Virus record (IMG/VR): IMGVR_UViG_3300035698_004319
Reading direction: 5' to 3' (one strand)
From: an uncultured virus (IMG/VR IMGVR_UViG_3300035698_004319)
Taxonomy: Duplodnaviria; Heunggongvirae; Uroviricota; Caudoviricetes
Length of the DNA: 20,000 nucleotides
This document shows positions 7,781 through 17,076 of this stretch, piece after piece; positions within the stretch are counted from its first letter, which is position 1; every line of letters begins with the position of its first letter. Under the pieces are notes generated by a model. The model made no database searches and had not been told where the DNA came from. It saw only the letters and a program-made list of their open reading frames with translations. Position numbers and translations under genes: made by a program.

Positions 7781-8572
7781 ATGCCTACAAATCAATATTT
7801 TCAAAGTGGAAACGGTATAGGAAATGCAGCTGAACAAAGATTACACGAAGATTTAATTATAGAATCTTTAAGACAATTTGGTCACGACATATATTATATG
7901 CCTCGTACCTTGGTCAATAAGGATATAATTTTAGGCGAAGATGTTGCAAGTAGATTTGATAGTGCTTTTCCAATAGAAGCATATTTTGAAACAACACAAG
8001 GATTTGCCGGTCAACAAGAATTAATTAGTAAGTTCGGTTTAGAGATTCGAGAAGATACAACCTTTATGATCTCTAAAAGGAGATTTAACGACCTAGTTGA
8101 TTCTAAAGTTTCATTAATAAAAGAAGGAAGACCGAACGAAGGTGATATAATCTATCTGCCTTTGATGAAAAGTTTTTTTGAAATTTTATTTGTTGAAGAT
8201 CAAGAGCCATTCTTTCAATTAGGCAATTTGCCAGTTTACAAATTAAGAGTAACTCGTTGGGAATACAGTTCCGAAGAAATCAATACAGGTGTGGCAGAGC
8301 TTGATGTTGCCGAAGATACTTATTCATTAAATCAATTAAATTATCAATTTACATTAGAGAATGAAGTTGGCTCAATTGTATTAGAAAATAATAATGTTGA
8401 TAATGAAATACAATATCTATTATTAGAAACATATAGTCTTCAAACACAATCATCATATGCTGGTAATAATGATTTTGAATCTGAAGCTGGTTTTGATACA
8501 GCCGATACCACAGACGATATACTAGACTTTAGCGAAGCTAACCCATTTGGAGATCCAGGAGATTTTAATTAA
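7781..8572 (+). CDS. gp14: Neck protein gp14
   Basis: 'EQRLHEDLIIESL...G.D.YY.PR', 'SKFGLEIRE', 'RPNEGDIIYLP', 'FEILFVED..PFFQLG', C-terminal 'DFSEANPFG'. Confidence 0.93.
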   Translation: MPTNQYFQSGNGIGNAAEQRLHEDLIIESLRQFGHDIYYMPRTLVNKDIILGEDVASRFDSAFPIEAYFETTQGFAGQQELISKFGLEIREDTTFMISKRRFNDLVDSKVSLIKEGRPNEGDIIYLPLMKSFFEILFVEDQEPFFQLGNLPVYKLRVTRWEYSSEEINTGVAELDVAEDTYSLNQLNYQFTLENEVGSIVLENNNVDNEIQYLLLETYSLQTQSSYAGNNDFESEAGFDTADTTDDILDFSEANPFGDPGDFN

Positions 8573-9369
8573 TGTTTAATAGATTTTTTTACAATGAAGG
8601 AATGAGAAAATTAACAGTGGCCTTTGGAACACTGTTTAATAGCATACAATGTAAAACAACGGATTCAACTGGTGCTGTTACTCAAAGTATTAAAGTTCCT
8701 TTAGCATATGGTCCAAAAGAAAAATTTATGGTTAGACTAGATCAGAAAGCTGATTTAGAGAATAGAGAATTTGCTATAACATTACCTAGAATGGGATTTG
8801 AAATAAGTGGAATAACTTATGATCCTTCCAGAAAATTAACAAGAGTTCAAAAATTTAAACAAGTTAAAACTGGCACAAATACTAAAATGGATTTTAATTA
8901 TACGCCAGTGCCCTATAATATAAGTTACACACTATCCGTTTTTACAGCAACTGCTGAAAATGGATTACAGATTATAGAACAAATATTACCATACTTTCAA
9001 CCTGATTATACAATAACTGTTAATCTAATACCAGAGTTAAGTATTAAAAGAGATGTGCCTATAATTTTAAATAATGTGAGTTATGAAGATAGTTATAGTG
9101 GAGATTTTACTACAAGAAGAGCTGTAGTTTATACTTTAAATTTTGTTGCTAAAACTTACTTATTTGGACCATCTTCTAATCAAGGAATTATTAGACAAAC
9201 ACAAGCTGATTTATACACAGATTTACCAGAATCTACTAGAGAAGAAAGAATTATTGTTACTCCTAATCCTTCTTCCGCTGATGGAGATGATGATTTTGGA
9301 TTTACCACAAATATTACTAACTACACAGATAGCAAATCATACAATCCAGAAACAGATACAGACGAATAA
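8572..9369 (+). CDS. gp15: Tail sheath stabiliser/terminator gp15
   Basis: 'FYNEGMRKLTVAFGTLFN', 'VPLAYGPKEKF', 'TLPRMGFE', 'YDPSRKL', 'LQIIEQILPYFQP'. Confidence 0.93.
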   Translation: MFNRFFYNEGMRKLTVAFGTLFNSIQCKTTDSTGAVTQSIKVPLAYGPKEKFMVRLDQKADLENREFAITLPRMGFEISGITYDPSRKLTRVQKFKQVKTGTNTKMDFNYTPVPYNISYTLSVFTATAENGLQIIEQILPYFQPDYTITVNLIPELSIKRDVPIILNNVSYEDSYSGDFTTRRAVVYTLNFVAKTYLFGPSSNQGIIRQTQADLYTDLPESTREERIIVTPNPSSADGDDDFGFTTNITNYTDSKSYNPETDTDE

Positions 9370-9451
9370 ATTATATTATGATAACTTTTACAAACTGTGA
9401 AACTGTTAAATGATAGATATGTTATAGATACCAGCACCGTTTTTACATTGA

Positions 9452-9459
9452 TATAAATA
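9452..9459 (+). promoter_or_regulatory. T4-type late promoter
   Basis: Perfect TATAAATA, only 5 nt before the gp16 ATG. Confidence 0.8.
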
Positions 9460-9464
9460 GGTAT

Positions 9465-9929
9465 ATGAAAGATAAACTAGAAGATAAAGTAAATGAAATA
9501 TTAGGCATAGGTGAAGATATAAAACCTACGTTGCAATCAATAGTCAAAATAGATAATCCTCCTGTTCCTAGAGTGCAAGATAAAAACAAAGCTGATATTG
9601 ATAATGATTATAGTTATAGTAGAGAGAATTATTATGATTTAATTGAAAAAGGCCAACAAGCAATTGAAGGCATATTAGATATCGCAAAAGAAGGACAACA
9701 CCCAAGAGCTTATGAGGTTGCAGGACAGCTGATTGCTCAAGTTGCCGGTACAGTAGATAAACTACAAGACTTGCAAAAGAAATTAAAAGATTTAAAAGAC
9801 TTACCAGGTAAATCTTCAACTAGTCAAAATATAAAGAATGCTTTGTTTGTAGGTTCTTCGGCAGAATTACAAAAGATGTTACGGGGCGACAATGATAAAA
9901 ATATTAAAAGCGAAGACAGTAAATCCTAG
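9465..9929 (+). CDS. gp16: Terminase small subunit gp16
   Basis: 'DY.YSRENYY.LIEKGQQAI.GILD.A....HPRAYEVAGQLI', 'NALFVGSSAELQKML'. Confidence 0.93.
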   Translation: MKDKLEDKVNEILGIGEDIKPTLQSIVKIDNPPVPRVQDKNKADIDNDYSYSRENYYDLIEKGQQAIEGILDIAKEGQHPRAYEVAGQLIAQVAGTVDKLQDLQKKLKDLKDLPGKSSTSQNIKNALFVGSSAELQKMLRGDNDKNIKSEDSKS

Positions 9930-10182
9930 AAAACAGGTATTTCAAATAACCGATTTAACTTATATTAAATCAATGAATCCTTTAAAAGAATTATTAGATG
10001 GCGAAACAATGAATGATCCTATTGAGGTTATAAAACATAAAATTAGTCCTACTGATAGAGTAGGAGCAAATGGAATTCCATATATTGAAAAAGAATATGG
10101 AGTGCATAAAGGTAGCCAGAGAATACAGGCTGCTTTAGTATTGGGATATACACACATAGAAGGAATTATAGTTAATGAATAA
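9892..10182 (+). CDS. Small ParB/sulfiredoxin-fold-like protein
   Basis: 'MNDPIEV...YGVHKGSQRIQAALVLGYTHIEGIIV' resembles the ParB-N/Srx pattern PI.V...Y.I.DG..R..AA..LG...I...V; overlaps gp16 by 38 nt and gp17 by 8 nt. Confidence 0.6.
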   Translation: MIKILKAKTVNPRKQVFQITDLTYIKSMNPLKELLDGETMNDPIEVIKHKISPTDRVGANGIPYIEKEYGVHKGSQRIQAALVLGYTHIEGIIVNE

Positions 10183-11815
10183 TACCGAAACTTACCTTGG
10201 AAATCCTAATCTTAAAAAAGTAAACATTAAGTTAGATTTTTCAAAAGAACAAATTTTAGAATTTGATAAATGTTCTAAAGATCCTCTATATTTTATTGAA
10301 AACTATGTTAGGATTGTTTCGCTTGATGATGGACTTGTGCCGTTTAAGATGTATAATTTTCAAAAAGAAATTGTTGGTACAATGCACAACGAAAGGTTTA
10401 CAATTTGTAAATTACCAAGACAGTCTGGTAAATCTACAACTATTGTTTCTTACTTACTACATTATGCTTTATTTAATCCTAATGCTAACATTGCTATATT
10501 GGCAAACAAATCATCTACAGCAAGAGATATTTTAGGTAGACTTCAACTAGCATATGAAAATATACCAAAATTTTTACAACAAGGTGTTTTGAATTGGAAC
10601 AAAGGTTCGATTGAATTAGAAAATGGAGCCAAGATTGTTGCAGCTGCTACGTCTTCAAGTGCAATTCGAGGAGGTTCTTATAACATAATATTCCTTGACG
10701 AGTTTGCTTTCGTGCCTGCTACCATTGCCGAACAATTTTTTAGTTCCGTTTATCCTACTATCTCATCTGGTAAAACCACAAAAATGATTATTGTATCTAC
10801 CCCTCACGGAATGAATATGTACTATAAATTATGGACAGACGCAGTAAATAAAAAAAATGATTATATTCCTATAGAGGTACATTGGTCAGAAGTTCCTGGC
10901 AGAGATGAAGCTTGGAAAGAAGCAACGATAAGAAACACGAGTGCGTCACAATTCTCCAGTGAGTTTGAATGTGAATTTTTAGGTTCTGTTGATACCTTAA
11001 TTTCTCCAGCAAAAATTAAAACAATACCTTATATGACGGCGTTAGAGTCTAGCGGAGGTTTAGATGTTTTTGAACGGCCGGTTAAAGGTAAAAATTATGT
11101 ATGCACGGTTGATGTAGCAAGAGGTATACAGAAAGATTATTCTGCCTTTATTATATTTGATGTATCTCAAATGCCATATAGAATTGTTGCAAAGTTTAGA
11201 AGTAATGAAGTTAGACCTTTATTATTTCCTCATAATATAGAAAGAGCTTGTAAGGCATATAATCGAGCTAACATACTTGTTGAAGTAAATGATTTAGGTG
11301 CTCAGATATCAGATGGTCTACATTTTGAATTAGAGTATGACCACGTTATGATGACAACTCAAAAAGGAAGAGCAGGTCAAATATTAGGTGCAGGATTCAG
11401 TGGAAGAGGTAGTCAATTAGGTGTTCGTATGACTAAACAAGTGAAAAAAATAGGGTGTGCTAATATTAAAACTATTATTGAATCAGATAAACTTATTGTT
11501 AATGATTTTAATATAGTGGAAGAGATGTCTACCTTTACTCGGGTGCATAATTCTTTTAAAGCTGAAGAAGGATGTAATGATGACTTAATGACTTGTTTAA
11601 TTCTTTTTGGTTGGGTATCAAATCAAAGATATTTTAAGGAATTAACCAATGTGGACGTAAGATCAAAATTATATGAAGAACAGGAAAAGATAATAGATCA
11701 GGATATGGCTCCTTTTGGATTTATTGATGATGGAACACCAGAGGAAGAACAAGATACTATAGATGAATATGGCCAGAGATGGTCTCCTGTAGTAGTAAGA
11801 CGTGGAGAATCATAG
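10175..11815 (+). CDS. gp17: Terminase large subunit gp17
   Basis: 'YLGNPNLKK', Walker A 'LPRQSGKST', Walker B 'IIFLDEFAF', 'IIVSTPHG', nuclease motifs 'TVDVARG...DYSAF' and 'NDDL'. Confidence 0.97.
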   Translation: MNNTETYLGNPNLKKVNIKLDFSKEQILEFDKCSKDPLYFIENYVRIVSLDDGLVPFKMYNFQKEIVGTMHNERFTICKLPRQSGKSTTIVSYLLHYALFNPNANIAILANKSSTARDILGRLQLAYENIPKFLQQGVLNWNKGSIELENGAKIVAAATSSSAIRGGSYNIIFLDEFAFVPATIAEQFFSSVYPTISSGKTTKMIIVSTPHGMNMYYKLWTDAVNKKNDYIPIEVHWSEVPGRDEAWKEATIRNTSASQFSSEFECEFLGSVDTLISPAKIKTIPYMTALESSGGLDVFERPVKGKNYVCTVDVARGIQKDYSAFIIFDVSQMPYRIVAKFRSNEVRPLLFPHNIERACKAYNRANILVEVNDLGAQISDGLHFELEYDHVMMTTQKGRAGQILGAGFSGRGSQLGVRMTKQVKKIGCANIKTIIESDKLIVNDFNIVEEMSTFTRVHNSFKAEEGCNDDLMTCLILFGWVSNQRYFKELTNVDVRSKLYEEQEKIIDQDMAPFGFIDDGTPEEEQDTIDEYGQRWSPVVVRRGES

Positions 11816-11831
11816 TATAAGATACTTATTT

Positions 11832-11839
11832 TATAAATA
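11832..11839 (+). promoter_or_regulatory. T4-type late promoter
   Basis: Perfect TATAAATA about 96 nt upstream of gp18. Confidence 0.85.
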
Positions 11840-11935
11840 GTAGTATTGAAAAGTTTGAGTATGGGCGTATGAATAATACGAAGTTTGATTTAATACATAT
11901 GTTAAAATTAGCTAATTAATTAAAGGAGAGACCTA

Positions 11936-13858
11936 ATGGCATTTCAAGTATCACCAGGTGTTCTCGTACAAGAAAGAGACCTTACAAGAATTATTCCAGC
12001 TGTATCAACAAGTGTTGGTGCGTTTGCAGGACAATTCATAAAAGGACCTCTGGACGAAATCGTAACGGTTTCAAGCGAGCAAGAATTAGTAGAAGTTTTC
12101 GGTAAACCAGATTCAAGTAACTTTGAAGATTGGTTTTCAGCTGCAAACTTTTTACAATACTCTAACGCTTTAAGAGTTGTACGAGCTTCAAATACTGGAG
12201 TTAGAAACGCAACCGTAAGTGGTAGCGCAGTAACAATTAACAACACAACAGATTATTCCAATAACTTTGCTGACGGCTCAGCTAACGTAGGAACGTTTGC
12301 TAGTAGAACAGCAGGGGTTTGGGGTAATTCATTATTAGTAGCAACTTGTCCAAGTGCAACAGCATACCAAGAAGTTGCAAAAACAACACTTAGTGATTCT
12401 TCAACAGCAACCGGAGATACAACAGTTACCTTAACATCAGGCACAGGCTTTAATGTCGGTGACATTGTTGAGTTTACAACAACAGCTGCCGGTGCTGACT
12501 ATGATGGCCGTAAATATAGAATAACCGGTATATCTACTAACGATATAACTTTTGTCAGAGCTGACACAGGATCAGGCGGATTACATAACGCATTAACAAA
12601 CGGTGTAAATGTGAAAAGAAGTTGGAAATATTTTGACTTAGTTAACGGTGCTCCGGGAACTTCATCATACGTTTCACAAAGAGGCGGATCAGGTGATGAA
12701 ATCCACGTTGTAGTTATAGACGAAGACGGTTTACTATCAGGTGTACAAAATACAGTTTTAGAAGTTTATTCAAAGCTTTCTAAAGCTTCTGATGCTAAAG
12801 ACGCTCAAGGCGGCACAAACTATTATGTTGATGTATTGTACAATAGATCACAATATGTTTACTGGATGGATCATAATTCTTCTGGATCAAATTGGGGATC
12901 ACTGGCTAGTGGATTAACTTTCACAGCTGTTACAGTGCCAACAGTAGAATCTTTAACTAATGGTTCAGATGGTTCAACAGTTACAGTTGGTCAAAAGAAA
13001 ACTGCTTATGAAAAATTCCTAGATGTAGATACAGTAGATGTAGGATTAATCATTGCAGGTTCTGGAAACTCCGTTCACGCTTCAAACGTTATAGCAATTG
13101 CAGAAGACAGAAAAGACTCTGTAGCATTTGTATCTCCAGAGAGATCAGATGTAGTAAACGTTGCAGCTGCAAATACACAACTATTAAATGTTGTTGATTT
13201 TTACAGCAGTATAACATCATCATCATATGTAATGTTTGACAGTGGTTACAAATATATGTACGACAGATATAGTGACGTATATAGATATGTTCCATTGAAT
13301 GGAGATATCGCAGGCTTAGCTGCGAGAACAGACTTAATTGCTGACTCTTGGTATTCACCAGCAGGTTACAACCGTGGTAATATTAGAGGTGCAGTTAAAC
13401 TGGCATTCAACCCGACTAAAACCCAAAGAGATGATCTTTATAGACAAAGAATCAATCCTGTGGTAACATTCCCAGGACAAGGTACTATTCTATTCGGTGA
13501 TAAAACTGGATTAAGCGCTCCAAGTGCTTTTGATAGAGTCAACGTAAGAAGATTGTTTATTGTACTAGAGAAAGCAATTTCAACTGCTTCTAAATTCCAA
13601 TTGTTTGAGTTCAATGATGAATTCACAAGAGCGAATTTTAGAAACATTGTAGAGCCTTTCCTTAGAGAAGTACAAGGTCGTAGAGGTATCACAGACTTTT
13701 TAGTAGTATGTGATGAAACTAACAATACAGGTGATGTAATTGATAGAAATGAATTTATAGCAGAAATCTTTGTGAAGCCTGCTAGAAGTATCAATTTTAT
13801 TACATTACAATTCATAGCAACCAGAACCGGCGTTTCTTTTGAAGAAGTTGCAGGCTAA
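11936..13858 (+). CDS. gp18: Contractile tail sheath protein gp18
   Basis: 'MAFQVSPGVLVQERDLT', 'AANFLQYSNALRVVR', 'WYSPAGYNRG', 'FDRVNVRRLF', 'FEFNDEFTR', 'KPARSINFITLQFIATRTGVSFEE'; SD AAGGAG. Confidence 0.97.
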   Translation: MAFQVSPGVLVQERDLTRIIPAVSTSVGAFAGQFIKGPLDEIVTVSSEQELVEVFGKPDSSNFEDWFSAANFLQYSNALRVVRASNTGVRNATVSGSAVTINNTTDYSNNFADGSANVGTFASRTAGVWGNSLLVATCPSATAYQEVAKTTLSDSSTATGDTTVTLTSGTGFNVGDIVEFTTTAAGADYDGRKYRITGISTNDITFVRADTGSGGLHNALTNGVNVKRSWKYFDLVNGAPGTSSYVSQRGGSGDEIHVVVIDEDGLLSGVQNTVLEVYSKLSKASDAKDAQGGTNYYVDVLYNRSQYVYWMDHNSSGSNWGSLASGLTFTAVTVPTVESLTNGSDGSTVTVGQKKTAYEKFLDVDTVDVGLIIAGSGNSVHASNVIAIAEDRKDSVAFVSPERSDVVNVAAANTQLLNVVDFYSSITSSSYVMFDSGYKYMYDRYSDVYRYVPLNGDIAGLAARTDLIADSWYSPAGYNRGNIRGAVKLAFNPTKTQRDDLYRQRINPVVTFPGQGTILFGDKTGLSAPSAFDRVNVRRLFIVLEKAISTASKFQLFEFNDEFTRANFRNIVEPFLREVQGRRGITDFLVVCDETNNTGDVIDRNEFIAEIFVKPARSINFITLQFIATRTGVSFEEVAG

Positions 13859-13881
13859 GATTAGAATAGGAGAATAAAAAA

Positions 13882-14409
13882 ATGGCAAACATTAATGACT
13901 TCAAAGCTAAGCTTAGTGGCGGTGGCGCAAGAGCCAATCAGTTTAAGGTAGTAATGCCTTTTCCTGGTTACGCACAAGTTGGTGGCGAAATAGAAGAACT
14001 AGCATTCTTATGCAGAAGTACCTCAATCCCAGCAATGACGATTGGGGAAGTTGACGTTAAATTCAGAGGTAGATCAATTAAAATAGCAGGTGATAGAACA
14101 TTTGCTGATTGGTCGATTACTGTTTATAACGACTCAAATTTCAAATTAAGAAATGCTTTTGAAAGATGGCAAAATGGTATCAATAATATGACTGATAACG
14201 AAGGATTAACAAATCCTGCTGATTATCAAGTTGACGCTTTTATTGACCATTTAGATAGAAACGGAAATACAATTAAATCATATACGTTAAGAGGTGCTTT
14301 TCCAAAAGATATCTCTGCTATTGAGTTATCGTATGACGAAACAACTGCTATAGAACAGTTTAACGTTATGTTTACTTATCAATACTTTGAAACAAATACT
14401 ACTACTTAA
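13882..14409 (+). CDS. gp19: Tail tube protein gp19
   Basis: 'GGGARANQF.V', 'FRGR.IKIAGDRTFADW.ITV.ND..F..R.AFERW', 'AFP..IS.I.LSY'; SD AGGAG. Confidence 0.95.
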   Translation: MANINDFKAKLSGGGARANQFKVVMPFPGYAQVGGEIEELAFLCRSTSIPAMTIGEVDVKFRGRSIKIAGDRTFADWSITVYNDSNFKLRNAFERWQNGINNMTDNEGLTNPADYQVDAFIDHLDRNGNTIKSYTLRGAFPKDISAIELSYDETTAIEQFNVMFTYQYFETNTTT

Positions 14410-14416
14410 CCGATAG

Positions 14417-14424
14417 GATAAGTA
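14417..14424 (+). promoter_or_regulatory. Possible variant late promoter (GATAAGTA)
   Basis: Two-mismatch match to TATAAATA, intergenic, upstream of the SD AAGGAG of gp20. Confidence 0.4.
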
Positions 14425-14445
14425 TTAGTAAGGAGAAATTAAATT

Positions 14446-15963
14446 ATGGCGGAACTATTTGGTTTTCAAATAACACGAGTAAAACCACAAGACGATCCAA
14501 AGCAAAACTTTAGTGTTCCCGTAGCGGACGATGGTGCAACAACCGTCGCTGCTACTGGCGGACACTTTGGTCAGTATTTGGATTTAGAAGGCACAGCTAA
14601 GAACGAAGCTGATCTTATTAGAAGATATAGAGAAATATCTTTACACCCCGAGTGTGACACAGCTATAGATGATATAGTAAATGAAGCAATCGTTGTGGAG
14701 GAAGATAAAGATCCTATAAGACCAGTTTTAAATAGCTTGCCTTTTGGAAAAGAAGTAAGAAGAAAAATTGAAGATGAGTTTAAATACATACTTCGATTAT
14801 TAAATTTTAATACAAAGGGCCACGATATCTTTAGAAGATGGTATGTCGATGGTCGTATGTACTATCAAAAAGTAATTGATAGAGAAAATCCTAGAAATGG
14901 ATTGTTAGAATTAAAATATTTAGATCCAAGAAAAATTAAAAAAATCAGAGAAGTTAGAAAACAAAGAACTCAAGCTTCATTAGATATAATAAGCGACTTT
15001 AAAGAATATTATGTTTACAATGAAAAAGGAGTTGCCGGTGGTGTTGCAGGTCAAGGTATTAAAATTGCAGTGGACACTATCGCTTATACTAATTCTGGAT
15101 TAATAGATCAGAATAAAAATTTAGTATTATCATATTTGCATAAGGCAATTAAACCTGTCAATCAATTAAGAATGATTGAAGACGCTGTTGTAATATACAG
15201 AATTGCTAGAGCTCCTGAAAGAAGAATCTTTTACATAGATGTAGGTAATTTACCTAAAGTAAAAGCTGAACAATATTTAAGAGATGTTATGGCAAGATAC
15301 CGTAACAAGCTTGTGTATGACGCAGCTACTGGTGAGATTAGAGATGATCGAAACTATATGAATATGTTAGAAGATTATTGGTTGCCTCGTAGAGAAGGTG
15401 GTAGAGGAACAGAAATCACTACATTGCCAGGCGGACAAAATCTAGGAGAAATTTCAGATATAGAATATTTCCAAAAGAAACTTTATAGAAGTTTAAATGT
15501 TCCTATTAGTAGATTAGAATCATCTGCCGGGTTCAATTTAGGAAGAGCAGCTGAAATTAGTAGAGATGAATTGAAATTCACTAAATTTGTAGGTAGATTA
15601 AGAAGAAAATTTACTGAATTATTTAATGACATTTTAAGAACTCAACTTATATTAAAGGGTATTATTGCTGAAGAAGATTGGGGTACAATCCAAGCTCATA
15701 TACAATACGACTTTATACAAGATGGTCATTTTGCAGAATTAAAAGAAAGCGAAATGATGAGAGAAAGAGTAGCTATTTCTGATAGTTTACAACAGTATGT
15801 TGGTAAATATTATTCAAATGATTACATTAGAAGAATAGTATTGAAACAAAGTGCTAGAGAAATTGAAGAAATAGATTTACAAATTAAAACTGAAAAGGAT
15901 AACGGGTTAATTCAATCTACAGATATGGATAATGGTGATATTAACAATTCTTTTAAAAAATAA
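14446..15963 (+). CDS. gp20: Portal protein gp20
   Basis: 'LFGF', 'IFRRWYVDGR', 'LSYLHKAIKPVNQLRMIEDAVVIYRIARAPERRIFYIDVGNLP', 'EDYWLPRREGGRGTEITTLPGGQNLG'. Confidence 0.98.
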   Translation: MAELFGFQITRVKPQDDPKQNFSVPVADDGATTVAATGGHFGQYLDLEGTAKNEADLIRRYREISLHPECDTAIDDIVNEAIVVEEDKDPIRPVLNSLPFGKEVRRKIEDEFKYILRLLNFNTKGHDIFRRWYVDGRMYYQKVIDRENPRNGLLELKYLDPRKIKKIREVRKQRTQASLDIISDFKEYYVYNEKGVAGGVAGQGIKIAVDTIAYTNSGLIDQNKNLVLSYLHKAIKPVNQLRMIEDAVVIYRIARAPERRIFYIDVGNLPKVKAEQYLRDVMARYRNKLVYDAATGEIRDDRNYMNMLEDYWLPRREGGRGTEITTLPGGQNLGEISDIEYFQKKLYRSLNVPISRLESSAGFNLGRAAEISRDELKFTKFVGRLRRKFTELFNDILRTQLILKGIIAEEDWGTIQAHIQYDFIQDGHFAELKESEMMRERVAISDSLQQYVGKYYSNDYIRRIVLKQSAREIEEIDLQIKTEKDNGLIQSTDMDNGDINNSFKK

Positions 15964-15975
15964 TAAGGAGAAAAA

Positions 15976-16233
15976 ATGAGTGACGAAGTAAAAACTTTTA
16001 TAGACAAATTAGCAACAGGTTCAAACGCAGAAGCTGGTGAGGCATTTAAAGACGCTTTGCGAACTAAAGTAGGTGACGCATTAGAAGTTAAAAGACAGGA
16101 TATGGCTGCAAATTTATTTAATGCAACTCCATACAGCGATTCTAAACCTGTGGTTTTGGATCCATCACCTGAAACTGTACCAGCAGAAATGCAACAGGAA
16201 CCTCAGGAGCCGAATGAAACACAAGATCAGTAA
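15976..16233 (+). CDS. Probable prohead core protein (gp67-like position)
   Basis: Small acidic protein directly after gp20; 'FID.L..G.N.EA...F..AL..KV..AL...RQ..A..LF' pattern; SD AAGGAG. Confidence 0.7.
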   Translation: MSDEVKTFIDKLATGSNAEAGEAFKDALRTKVGDALEVKRQDMAANLFNATPYSDSKPVVLDPSPETVPAEMQQEPQEPNETQDQ

Positions 16234-16462
16234 TTTAATAAAAGAAAATTATTTATTAGATACTAAAACTTTTAATAGTTTATCGCCTTCATTGAAAGAG
16301 GCAGTAAATGATGTTGTAAAATTAATTGAAATAAATCAAAAAGACGTATTAAATAAATTTGACGATATTGTAAATAAAGTATCCGTCTTTCATAATGTTA
16401 ATAAAGAAAAACTTTATCATTATATTGATAAAGAAACAAACGAACAATTAGGAGTGAATTAA
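16214..16462 (+). CDS. Hypothetical head-module protein (82 aa; start revised from 16121)
   Basis: ATG at 16214 follows SD AGGAG (16205-16209) and limits the overlap with the upstream gene to 20 nt; helical sequence MKHKISNLIKE.... Confidence 0.65.
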   Translation: MKHKISNLIKENYLLDTKTFNSLSPSLKEAVNDVVKLIEINQKDVLNKFDDIVNKVSVFHNVNKEKLYHYIDKETNEQLGVN

Positions 16463-16710
16463 TGGCAAATACATTTATAGTTAAAGGAGCTGTAATCACA
16501 AATCCAAGTTATGATAATGTGAATAACGCTCACTTTGTTAGAGTTGTCGCAACAGGACAAACTACGGTAACAGTTGATGATAGTGATAGCTCAATTGTAG
16601 GTACTGTTTATCTACACGCAGCTGGAGATGAAGTTGTACTTGAAAAACAAATACAACAAAGAATCTCTTGTGCAGCTGCTAAAGTATCAGCAGTAGCTCC
16701 AAGAAGTTAA
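16462..16710 (+). CDS. Hypothetical small beta-rich protein (82 aa)
   Basis: TAATG coupling, upstream AGGAG; V/A/T-rich with alternating beta pattern. Confidence 0.7.
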   Translation: MANTFIVKGAVITNPSYDNVNNAHFVRVVATGQTTVTVDDSDSSIVGTVYLHAAGDEVVLEKQIQQRISCAAAKVSAVAPRS

Positions 16711-16712
16711 TT

Positions 16713-17075
16713 ATGGCGATCTCCGCTACTAAAGTGATCGAGGATAGTTTTAAAGCTATTATTAAATCAGAAGGAGTTGGTGGAGAAAGTGAACAAGTTT
16801 TAGTAGATTCATTTAATTTAGATGGAGCTTCAAGTCAACCTAAAGTTTCAATTGCAAATTTATATTATGAAGTATTAGGTTCAGGAGATGTAACTATCTT
16901 TTTTAAAAATGATGAAGAAAAAAAAGTTGTTATAAGAGGTAGAGGCAATTACGGATTGAAACCAGGAGAAAGTAAAATAAAAGATCCAACAGGGGATATT
17001 TTATTAACAAGCGATTCAAACGTAATAGCATACAATGTTATAATAGAAACACATAAAGAATTAGGATTTAATTAA
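16713..17075 (+). CDS. Hypothetical beta-rich protein, paralogue of 17077..17469
   Basis: Tightly packed ORF; shares GE.....VD, K..I...Y, G.G..(Y/W).L and PTGDILL motifs with the next ORF. Confidence 0.75.
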   Translation: MAISATKVIEDSFKAIIKSEGVGGESEQVLVDSFNLDGASSQPKVSIANLYYEVLGSGDVTIFFKNDEEKKVVIRGRGNYGLKPGESKIKDPTGDILLTSDSNVIAYNVIIETHKELGFN

Positions 17076-17076
17076 T

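Noticed and set aside
7530..14789. Nested ORFs inside gp13-gp20 (7530, 9143, 9568, 9960, 10263, 11944, 12253, 13089, 13438, 14571)
   Set aside because: Antisense or off-frame overlaps of conserved core genes, with no motifs or translation signals.
10175..15963. Intein, group I intron or homing endonuclease in gp17, gp18 or gp20
   Set aside because: The ORFs are continuous and of normal length, with no splicing or LAGLIDADG/HNH/GIY-YIG motifs.
16121..16213. Longer N-terminus for the ORF ending at 16462
   Set aside because: It would overlap the upstream gene by over 100 nt; ATG 16214 has a clear SD.
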